Source of the DNA: Candidatus Gottesmanbacteria bacterium GW2011_GWC1_43_10
GTDB lineage: Bacteria; Patescibacteriota; Microgenomatia; UBA10105
DNA: 64,000 nucleotides
Direction: 5' to 3'
NCBI GenBank assembly: GCA_000995415.1
Contig: LCEX01000008.1
Span: 8,398-72,397 of the forward strand
Shown here: piece after piece, positions 56,675 to 64,000 of the stretch
Layout of the letters: each line of letters opens with the position of its first letter
Numbering within the stretch: the stretch's first letter is position 1
Notes under the pieces: generated by a model
What the model was told of the DNA's origin: nothing
The model's input: only the letters and a program-made list of their open reading frames with translations
Databases searched by the model: none
Position numbers and translations under genes: made by a program

Positions 56675-58435
56675 TTACCAAGAAGAGGTTAACCAACCTG
56701 ATACATTTGAAACCATATTTCCCCACGTTTTAAAACCGGTGAAAACAGTCGAGACGTTATCTCTGATGTTCATCACAATTGCTACCGGAACTGCACCAAC
56801 TACAGTCCCAACCAAACCAACGGTAGCCTCTAGTTTTTCTCCAAATCCCTGGGCGTTCCTAAAGTCGTCAAATGCGACCCCAATCGCCCCACCCACATTG
56901 GTCCAATTTCCGGTTTTGATCATCGCACTAGTTGTGATTTTAACAAATGCTTTCGGAGAATTCTTAGATAAAAATCCAGTAACTATCCGTACCGGATTGT
57001 TTTTTGGTATACCAAATAAAGCCAAAAATGCATCCGGAATATTTGCGATCATATCCGCTAATTTAAGTGGTGGGAAGAGGGTAAATAAACTAGGTGCGGC
57101 TGTGTCTATAGCTGCTTTTGTGGCTGCGTCATCTACTGATACACCTGCTCCGACCATGTCCATAAACGCAATTAGGCCGTTTCCCACATCAGTAATAAAA
57201 GAAACTTGGTTGTAGGCGCCGAACTTGCCATTATCTAGATATTTTTGCAGTTTATCGGCGTTTTTATATGTTGTGGCTGCATCCCGCACCCATTCCAATA
57301 CTCTCCGCGCAGCTTGTAAGTAATCTTTTGGGGGTACATCCGGAGTTTGGGAAACTTGATCAAGTTGGGCGTTATATTTATCGGAAAATTTTTGATCTGC
57401 TTTTAATCTATCCAGATCTGCCTGAGCTACTTGGAGTTTATTCATCACATCAACCAAAGCTGCAAAGTCTTTGGATGAAAGTCCGATTTGGGGTTTTGTA
57501 GAAGGCTTACTCTGATTACGTACTTGCCTAGTCTCCCAACAACTACTATCGCAACTGCTTTTTGTCTCACGGCAAGCAGTTTCACAATCAGGAGGCGGAC
57601 TCGGGGGCGGTAAGTCACACTTGTCTAAACAGGTGTTTTTATTAAGCTTTATCTCGTCAACACACGTTTTATAAGGCGCGTCGCATTTTTGCTGGATTTC
57701 TCCATAACACGGGCTCGCATCTATGGCTGTCCCCCAACAAGGATGACTTCCATCAGGGTTTTTACGATTGGTGATCCCATCAGCGCATGTGGATTTGGTA
57801 TCGAAACAACTGTTAACGGCAGTAGAATAAGCAGCATCATATTCGGATTGACATCTATCTCTACAGGCCTGAGGATCTTCTGGAGTTGGCTGAGGCACTG
57901 GTAATTGCTCATCACATTGGTCAATGCAGACATCAAAGTTTGCTTGACAACCCTCATGACACGCCAGTTCTTCTTTTTCTTCATCTGTCAAATCAGGAGT
58001 TATCGGATCGGCTGAAGGGCTGGGCTTAGGAGTACTGGCCACAGCGATTGAATAAGTCGCGGAATCCTCATGTTCTGTACCAGGTAAGTCTACGCATTCG
58101 GCAGTATCATAGTTGTTGTTCAAAAAAGTCACGGTGATGGAACCATCAGAGGTGACGGTGCCATTTGCGGGCTCGTCATGATCAAGACCTGGACATTCAT
58201 CAGCAATTAAATGTTGGGTGCCAGTGAAAGTCGTGCCGGTTATCGTGCCGGAAAGGACTACGATACCCGGGGGGCGTGATTCTCGAGGCGTTGTTGTTTT
58301 TATAATGATACTGTTGCCTGTTCTTTGCACTTCGAACTCACTACTACCGTCTGTCCAACGCTCTTCTGCTGCCACCGGTACAACAGCCATAAACATTCCT
58401 AAAAAGGTTAACAATAAAACAATGAGTTTTTTCAT
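56675..58435 (-). CDS. Secreted Cys-rich protein with conserved C-terminal helical domain (paralog A)
   Basis: Signal peptide, beta domain, Cys-rich segment of about 30 Cys, coiled-coil segment, and a C-terminal domain of about 250 aa with hydrophobic stretch VGLVGTVVGAVPVAIV shared with ORF 59420..60898. Confidence 0.6.
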   Translation of the reverse strand: MKKLIVLLLTFLGMFMAVVPVAAEERWTDGSSEFEVQRTGNSIIIKTTTPRESRPPGIVVLSGTITGTTFTGTQHLIADECPGLDHDEPANGTVTSDGSITVTFLNNNYDTAECVDLPGTEHEDSATYSIAVASTPKPSPSADPITPDLTDEEKEELACHEGCQANFDVCIDQCDEQLPVPQPTPEDPQACRDRCQSEYDAAYSTAVNSCFDTKSTCADGITNRKNPDGSHPCWGTAIDASPCYGEIQQKCDAPYKTCVDEIKLNKNTCLDKCDLPPPSPPPDCETACRETKSSCDSSCWETRQVRNQSKPSTKPQIGLSSKDFAALVDVMNKLQVAQADLDRLKADQKFSDKYNAQLDQVSQTPDVPPKDYLQAARRVLEWVRDAATTYKNADKLQKYLDNGKFGAYNQVSFITDVGNGLIAFMDMVGAGVSVDDAATKAAIDTAAPSLFTLFPPLKLADMIANIPDAFLALFGIPKNNPVRIVTGFLSKNSPKAFVKITTSAMIKTGNWTNVGGAIGVAFDDFRNAQGFGEKLEATVGLVGTVVGAVPVAIVMNIRDNVSTVFTGFKTWGNMVSNVSGWLTSSW

Positions 58436-58436
58436 T

Positions 58437-59411
58437 TTATTTTTTCCCGGTTATCATATTAAGAAATTTGTTTTCCTTAATAATTGTAAAAACGAGCAAG
58501 GATACAAAACCTGCCACCCCGACACCAAACAGGACTTTCCTCAACAAGATAGCATTTTGACCATCGGCAACTTTTACATCCAATATGTTGTCATTATCAA
58601 AATCAAAACCATCTATTCTTCCGTCATTATTTATGTCTAGAGACTCAGCCACTCCATCTTTATCAGCGTCAAAAGTAGTCAAGTCAACCACGCGATCGTT
58701 GTTAAGGTCATATTTGAATGTATCAACAACGCCATCATTATCAACATCCATAGTCAATCCATCCGACAAGCCATCATTATTAAGATCAAAAAATGAGATT
58801 TGATCATTTTCGGTAATCCCCGTCAGTTTTTCTCCCAAACCACCAATAATCAAACCTATCAGTAAAGCAATAGTCAGGCCAAGGAGGACAAACTTAAGTT
58901 TGGGCACCCATTTATCGACTTGGCTTTTTTCTGTTTTTTCGGTAAAGACAACCCGGGTTTTGGACACCAAATCATGCAGGGCTTTCTTTTCTTTCTTATC
59001 AAAAAGCAGAGGTATCCAGCCAATAAATAAAAATATAAACGTCATCAGTCTTAATGTCACTTGCCACACTGTGAGCGGCTGACCGTCTTGGGAAACGATT
59101 TTTATCCGAGCTAAAATCATCGCCGGAGTCGCTCTAAAAAATAGCCAAAAGAAAAAGAAATAGGCCAGTGTCACTAAAATCGTCACGTGTCCACTAGCTG
59201 CGAGAGTTCCGCGATAAGCCACTAAACTTAGCAAAAGATCAATAATCGCTGCATCTGTTCCAAGACAAATAGCCCGTACCCAAAATCCTGCAGCTTTGTT
59301 TTCCTTGACATCGTTATCAGCTCTTTTACGAAAAAAAGTAATGAAGCCAACACCTACTACTAGTGTCACTAAGGCGCTTATAAATTGTGCTAGAATCAGA
59401 AATTCAAACAT
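58437..59411 (-). CDS. RDD-family membrane protein with Ca-binding Asp-rich repeats (paralog of 55687..56670)
   Basis: FWVRAICLGTDAAIIDLL, DKKEKKALHDLVSKTRV, DVDNDGVVDTFKYDLNNDRVVDLTTFDADKDGVAESLDINNDGRIDGFDFDNDN. Confidence 0.6.
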   Translation of the reverse strand: MFEFLILAQFISALVTLVVGVGFITFFRKRADNDVKENKAAGFWVRAICLGTDAAIIDLLLSLVAYRGTLAASGHVTILVTLAYFFFFWLFFRATPAMILARIKIVSQDGQPLTVWQVTLRLMTFIFLFIGWIPLLFDKKEKKALHDLVSKTRVVFTEKTEKSQVDKWVPKLKFVLLGLTIALLIGLIIGGLGEKLTGITENDQISFFDLNNDGLSDGLTMDVDNDGVVDTFKYDLNNDRVVDLTTFDADKDGVAESLDINNDGRIDGFDFDNDNILDVKVADGQNAILLRKVLFGVGVAGFVSLLVFTIIKENKFLNMITGKK

Positions 59412-59419
59412 ATGACTAT

Positions 59420-60898
59420 TTAATCAGGTGATGTGAACCAGCCGGATACTAACTGACCTGCCCCACTTGCTCCCATCTTAAAAAGCTCAACCGCTGCCAA
59501 CACCTGATCTCTGGTGCGCAGCGCGATCGCCACCGGTACAGCCCCAACCGCCGTACCAACCAAATCCAGGGTTGCTTTAGCTTTTTCGCCTACACCTTCT
59601 GCTTCTTTGAGATCTTGCCAAGCAACTTGAAATGCGCCGCCGACATTGGTCCAAGTATCTGTTTCGACCATCACAGTAGTGGTGAGTTCAACAAAAGCGC
59701 TTGGCGAGTTATCAGCCAAAAAACCGGTGGTGGTGCGTGACCAGTGATCTTTAGGCACACCTACTGCTCCCATAATATCATCAGGCAGAGTCGCTACCAG
59801 ATCAGCGGCCTTAAGCGGCGGAAAAATGTAAAACAAACTCGGAGCTACCGTATCTATAGTTGCTTTAGTAGCAGCATTTTCAAACGACTCCCCTTCATTC
59901 ATGAGATCAATAAATTCGATGACTCCTTCACCAACTTCAGCGACCTTGCCGGCCCGACTACTCGGACCCAAACCTTTACCTTGTAAGTAATTACCCAGGT
60001 CTTCAATATCTCCTGGGACTCCGGCTGCATCCTTGATATATTCCAAATCGGCGCGCATAACTTTGAGTTGTAATTCTGTTTCACTGGGAACATCTTTTAA
60101 TGCTGCCTGGTAACTATTAGCAAAATTATTTTTAGCTTCCCAGGCTGGATCATTTGCGGCTTTGACTTTTTCCAACTCAGCTTGAGCCGCTTGAAATTCA
60201 TTCATTGCCCGCAGCAATGATTTCAAATTTTTTGATGAAACCACTCCTGTTGGAGATTCTTGAGGTGACTGCGGCTTTGATACCGCGTCTGCGGAAGAGT
60301 TGCTATTTGCATCTAAACAGGCTTTCAAATCATCACTGGCCACTTCACTACACGTTCTATCTTCTGTTTCACACTCCTCAGAGCATTTTTTTTGGTTGTC
60401 TAAATCTGTGCAATCCCAAATACAGCTAGTTCGTGTTTGTACACACTGATATTCTGTGTCTTGATAAGCTCTATAACATTCTTCTTGAGATTTCGTATTA
60501 GAAGGCTCTTTTAACACCGCGTCTACTGAAGTATTTTCCTCTTCTTTTAAACATGCTCTATAGTTTGCCTGCACCTGCTGATCACAAGCTTCTTTGGCCG
60601 GGTCACACGTATTTTTTTGACATTCGAGATTGACCTTACCGCCATCTACCGAAAGGCTGGCGGCTTTATTAGCCTTGTCGACACAAGAGTTGATACATGA
60701 CGAAGATTCTACCAAACATTTGTAAAGTTCCTTATCAAATATACTTTGACAATCATCGTTTGCTTGCGCGTTGGCTGTGGGAAGCAAAAAAAATAAAGTA
60801 ATAAAGATAACCCAAAAAAAGATGGGTACCACAATCAAACTCGGCAGGATGAATTTTTTCATTTGATGAACCCTATCTCTCATATAGTATATGCACAC
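59420..60898 (-). CDS. Secreted Cys-rich protein with conserved C-terminal helical domain (paralog B)
   Basis: Signal/TM, Cys-rich region, coiled coil, and the C-terminal block TVAPSLFYIFPPLKAADLVATLPDD...TWTNVGGAFQVAW...LVGTAVGAVPVAIA. Likely start is the Met of MKKFILPSL at 60862. Confidence 0.6.
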   Translation of the reverse strand: MCIYYMRDRVHQMKKFILPSLIVVPIFFWVIFITLFFLLPTANAQANDDCQSIFDKELYKCLVESSSCINSCVDKANKAASLSVDGGKVNLECQKNTCDPAKEACDQQVQANYRACLKEEENTSVDAVLKEPSNTKSQEECYRAYQDTEYQCVQTRTSCIWDCTDLDNQKKCSEECETEDRTCSEVASDDLKACLDANSNSSADAVSKPQSPQESPTGVVSSKNLKSLLRAMNEFQAAQAELEKVKAANDPAWEAKNNFANSYQAALKDVPSETELQLKVMRADLEYIKDAAGVPGDIEDLGNYLQGKGLGPSSRAGKVAEVGEGVIEFIDLMNEGESFENAATKATIDTVAPSLFYIFPPLKAADLVATLPDDIMGAVGVPKDHWSRTTTGFLADNSPSAFVELTTTVMVETDTWTNVGGAFQVAWQDLKEAEGVGEKAKATLDLVGTAVGAVPVAIALRTRDQVLAAVELFKMGASGAGQLVSGWFTSPD

Positions 60899-60976
60899 GA
60901 AAAAATAAAAAGCAAGAATTTCTTGACGCGGTATCTGTGTTTTTGATAACCTAACATCAGGAAAATAAAAAACGAT

Positions 60977-61477
60977 ATGAGCTCAACTCAATTTTGGGTA
61001 GCTGTATTTGTGCCGCAGATTATAGAGCGGATTAGTCCTCATTTTAAACGTCTGTTCGCCCTCAAGGAGTTTGACTCTCAAACACAACAACGAGTATCTT
61101 CCAAGGAGTATCCAGCTTTTTATGCGCTTTTATATCTTTTGTGGGGCATTAGTTTGATAAGTTTCGGCTGCGTGCTTCTTCTATTTATAATCATTTATAT
61201 GACTCAGCTTGTGCCTCAAGAAAAATATGGTCTGATCATTTGGTTCGGGCTGATTATGTTTTTGGGCTCGTTTATGATTCCCGGAGCCTTACTTGATTTC
61301 CTGTTTTGGAGCATTTCTCCGGAAAACTTTAGAGATTATGTCAAATTCAGACTCATCAAATCCGGCTGGGGATATGAAATGCGTGATCAAATAATGACAC
61401 TTTTCAAAATTGGTCTCATCTATCTCCTACTGACTTCGCCTCTGGTTATCTACTTATTATATTTATTGTTCCGTTAG
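60977..61477 (+). CDS. Hypothetical membrane protein
   Basis: 166 aa, 3-4 TM, no motif recognised. Confidence 0.35.
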   Translation: MSSTQFWVAVFVPQIIERISPHFKRLFALKEFDSQTQQRVSSKEYPAFYALLYLLWGISLISFGCVLLLFIIIYMTQLVPQEKYGLIIWFGLIMFLGSFMIPGALLDFLFWSISPENFRDYVKFRLIKSGWGYEMRDQIMTLFKIGLIYLLLTSPLVIYLLYLLFR

Positions 61478-61664
61478 GTCTTTAGATCTATCATGCACAC
61501 CCGTGGAATGCTTTAGTTTGACACCTATGGAATATTCGGATAGTGGCATTTTTTGAATTTTTTTCCGCTGCCGCCCTCCTATTCTTACTTTGTGCCTTTT
61601 CATCCCGATTTGATTGGGAACGGCACAAAGAGCGAATTAAGGAGGACTCCACTTACTTCATTTT

Positions 61665-64000
61665 CTAACTCGGTTGCTGCGGGTAGTGACAATGTTTAAA
61701 TTTCTTTGGAGTACCATCGGACTTCATCGCTCCGCACCAGCAGGGATCGTTGCGGCCGAGTTTTGGAGATTTGGCGCTAAGAGAAGATTGTCCCCGCCCC
61801 GCTACTTGCCGATCCGCCATCTGTACCAATCGCGAATCCTGCTTGATCAGACTTGATAATAAATTACCGGTTGTTTTTCCGGTGGTTGGTGGTGATGAAG
61901 CAGTACGCGCCATTTGCTTCAGACTACCCAACAGATCTCCCGCATCGATTTTGGGTGTGGGAGACGGAGCCGTAGCTCGAATCGTCGGAGTAAATGTAGA
62001 GGTTGGTTGCGGCCCCAGTTGGACTTGGGCTCTAAATATCCGGTGCGAGATGTCATAATCTATTTGGGCAATCAAGCTTTCAAACATCCCAAAAGCCTCG
62101 TTTTTGTATTCGACCAAAGGATCGCGCTGGGCATAACCGCGTAAACCAATACCCTCGCGCAAATCATCTATCGCATCCAAATGATCCATCCACAAATTAT
62201 CGATGACTGTCAAGGTCACCCACCGCTCTACTTGGCGCATGATTTCTTCCCCGAATTGTTTTTCGCGTTGGGAGTATAAGTCTTTGACTAAATTCACCAA
62301 GAATTCGGAAACCTCTAACCCTGTATGCATCTCCTGAAGTTGCGTCACCAGTTGTTTTTGTGATGGTTCATCAAACGGGACAATCGAAACAAATTCCTGG
62401 ATGATTTTTTCGCGTTCGATTTCACCTCTACTTCCGGCATACGTCATGGTGATCTGTTCTATTTGATGAATCAAACTCTCAAGAATCTTGTCTTTTAAGT
62501 CACTTCCTCCAAGAGCACTGCGCCGCCGCTTATAAACAATTTCCCGCTGTTTATTTAAAACATCATCGTATTCGACCAAATGCTTGCGGCTATCAAAATG
62601 AAACCCTTCAACTTTGATTTGGGCCTGTTCGATAGCCTTGGATACCATCGCGTGTTCGAGAGGCACTTCTTCCGGCAATTTAAAAATCGTCATCAGTCTG
62701 GCTACCTGATCTCCGCCGAACAGGCGCATGATGTCATCTTCCAGAGATACAAAAAAGCGGGAAGATCCCGGATCACCTTGCCGCCCGGCGCGGCCGCGGA
62801 GTTGATTGTCAATCCGCCGCGATTCATGCCTTTCCGTCCCGATCACGTGCAACCCACCCAATTTCACGACCTCATCATGTCGCATGCTCCACTTTTTAAA
62901 AACACTTGCATAATTGGCATCTGATTTGATCGGTGACACTCCACCTAAAATGATATCCACTCCCCGACCGGCCATATTGGTCGCGACCGTGACTGCACCT
63001 TTTTCTCCGGCTTCGGAGATGATCATCGCCTCTTTTTCGTGATTTTTAGCATTTAATACCTGGTGCGGTATTCCTTTGCGCCGCAGTAGATCAGAAATGA
63101 TTTCATTTTTATCAATTGAGGTCGTCCCGACCAGGACCGGTTGTCCGCGCTTATAATGTTCAGCTACTTCTTGAGCGATAGCGCCGTATTTGGCCCGGGC
63201 GGTTTTATAAACTACGTCTGAATTATCCTTACGCACCATCGGTCGATGCGTGGGGATAGCTACTACATCCAGCTTATAAATTTTGTGAAATTCTTCGGCT
63301 TCTGTCGCGGCAGTTCCGGTCATACCAGCGAGTTTCTCGTACATGCGGAAATAATTTTGCAAAGACACTGTGGCCAAAGTTTTTGATTCCTGTTGGATAG
63401 TCACCCCTTCTTTGGCTTCAATGGCTTGGTGTAAACCTTCGGAAAATCTCCGCCCCATAAGAAGCCGTCCGGTAAATTCATCAACTATCACCACCTGATT
63501 GTCGCGGACGATATAATCTTTTTCACGCTTGAATAAAGTCCTGGCTTTCAGAGCCGCTTCGATCAAATGTACAGTCTGGAAATCTTTTTCGTACAAGTTG
63601 GGAATCCCCAGCATTTTTTCGACCTTGGTGATGCCATGTTCATTTAGATGCGCAGTCCGCAATTTTTCATCAACGATAAAATCAGTCTCGGGATTCAAGC
63701 GTTCGACGAGTTTGGCTATTTCATAGTATTTTTGTGTCGGTTCGGTGTCGGGTGCAGAAATAATATGTGGTGTCCGCGCCTCGTCAATCAAGACCGAATC
63801 TACCTCATCGACGATGGCATAATGGTATTCACGCTGCACACACTGGGAAATCTCTGACACCATGTTATCTCGTAAATAATCAAACCCGAATTCGGAGTTG
63901 ATACCATAAGTGATGTCAGCCTGATATGCTTCTTTGCGACTGATGGGTTTTAAGTGTCTCAAGCGCCAGTCAATAGCTGATTTGTCTTCATACTCCGGAT
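61665..64000 (-). CDS. secA: Preprotein translocase ATPase SecA (C-terminal roughly 770 aa; N-terminus beyond window end)
   Basis: DITYGINSEFGFDYLRDNM, TNMAGRGVDIILGG, C-terminal zinc motif DPCWCGAMKSDGTPKKFKHCHY. The ORF continues past 64000. Confidence 0.9.
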   Translation of the reverse strand, partial: PEYEDKSAIDWRLRHLKPISRKEAYQADITYGINSEFGFDYLRDNMVSEISQCVQREYHYAIVDEVDSVLIDEARTPHIISAPDTEPTQKYYEIAKLVERLNPETDFIVDEKLRTAHLNEHGITKVEKMLGIPNLYEKDFQTVHLIEAALKARTLFKREKDYIVRDNQVVIVDEFTGRLLMGRRFSEGLHQAIEAKEGVTIQQESKTLATVSLQNYFRMYEKLAGMTGTAATEAEEFHKIYKLDVVAIPTHRPMVRKDNSDVVYKTARAKYGAIAQEVAEHYKRGQPVLVGTTSIDKNEIISDLLRRKGIPHQVLNAKNHEKEAMIISEAGEKGAVTVATNMAGRGVDIILGGVSPIKSDANYASVFKKWSMRHDEVVKLGGLHVIGTERHESRRIDNQLRGRAGRQGDPGSSRFFVSLEDDIMRLFGGDQVARLMTIFKLPEEVPLEHAMVSKAIEQAQIKVEGFHFDSRKHLVEYDDVLNKQREIVYKRRRSALGGSDLKDKILESLIHQIEQITMTYAGSRGEIEREKIIQEFVSIVPFDEPSQKQLVTQLQEMHTGLEVSEFLVNLVKDLYSQREKQFGEEIMRQVERWVTLTVIDNLWMDHLDAIDDLREGIGLRGYAQRDPLVEYKNEAFGMFESLIAQIDYDISHRIFRAQVQLGPQPTSTFTPTIRATAPSPTPKIDAGDLLGSLKQMARTASSPPTTGKTTGNLLSSLIKQDSRLVQMADRQVAGRGQSSLSAKSPKLGRNDPCWCGAMKSDGTPKKFKHCHYPQQPS

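Noticed and set aside
1-64000. CRISPR arrays, tRNA or rRNA genes
   Set aside because: No regularly spaced direct repeats with unique spacers were found. No T-loop GTTCGAATC-like cloverleaf candidates were found in intergenic regions. No rRNA-like conserved blocks were found. All repeats seen are palindromic or dispersed rather than arrayed.

Overview
This is a gene-dense, roughly 40% GC window with almost every gene on the minus strand. Abundant Pro/Thr-rich linkers, LTD, cohesin/dockerin-like and Cys-rich surface proteins and a minimal biosynthetic repertoire suggest a CPR/Patescibacteria-like bacterium; that taxonomic guess is an inference. Window content is laid out here; the observations I rate most interesting are the findings with interest 0.6 and above.

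- **1-17.3 kb:** a large envelope-glycosylation locus. It has 6-7 paralogous polytopic GT-C-like glycosyltransferases (ArnT/PMT/YfhO-like) and two polyprenyl-phosphate GT2 synthases, one fused to GtrA. Nucleotide-sugar genes are ugd plus uxs (UDP-GlcA to UDP-Xyl), a GMD/Rmd-like enzyme, rmlA, rmlB, an FdtA-like cupin, an RmlD-like reductase and a Nudix hydrolase.
- **17.3-28.7 kb:** a CAP-domain protein, an MFS transporter and a CE4 deacetylase, then tsaB(short)-tsaC-tsaE, a VanZ-like protein, an LTD-domain protein, the EnvC-like M23 peptidase with FtsX and FtsE, an FtsB-like protein, and prfB with no programmed frameshift.
- **28.9-35.2 kb:** a lower-GC HAD+SDR islet; uppP carrying an in-frame palindromic-repeat insertion; nfo; a YdjM-like hydrolase; and a DoxX / DsbA / NicO cluster.
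- **35.2-40.6 kb:** a secreted protein split by a 17-bp tandem duplication, then a cohesin/dockerin trio.
- **40.6-47 kb:** repeat copies flanking a small ORF, dinB, and an FMN riboswitch upstream of an EamA transporter and a monofunctional riboflavin kinase. These are followed by alkA-like, cupin, flavin-reductase-like and family-4 UDG genes.
- **47-55 kb:** a cupredoxin-like protein, an RnfD-like protein, a PQQ sugar dehydrogenase, a YibE/F-like protein, an alpha/beta hydrolase, and a surface protein frameshifted at an A8 tract.
- **55.7-60.9 kb:** a tandemly duplicated two-gene module, each unit pairing a Cys-rich secreted protein with an RDD-domain membrane protein carrying Ca-binding repeats.
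- **Window end:** partial secA.

Three families of intergenic palindromic repeats are visible: a GTCATYCC...GGGAATGAC MITE-like family, a GC-rich nested family with TTAGAGCCTGTTTG termini, and AT-rich word-palindromes. No rRNA, tRNA or CRISPR was recognised.
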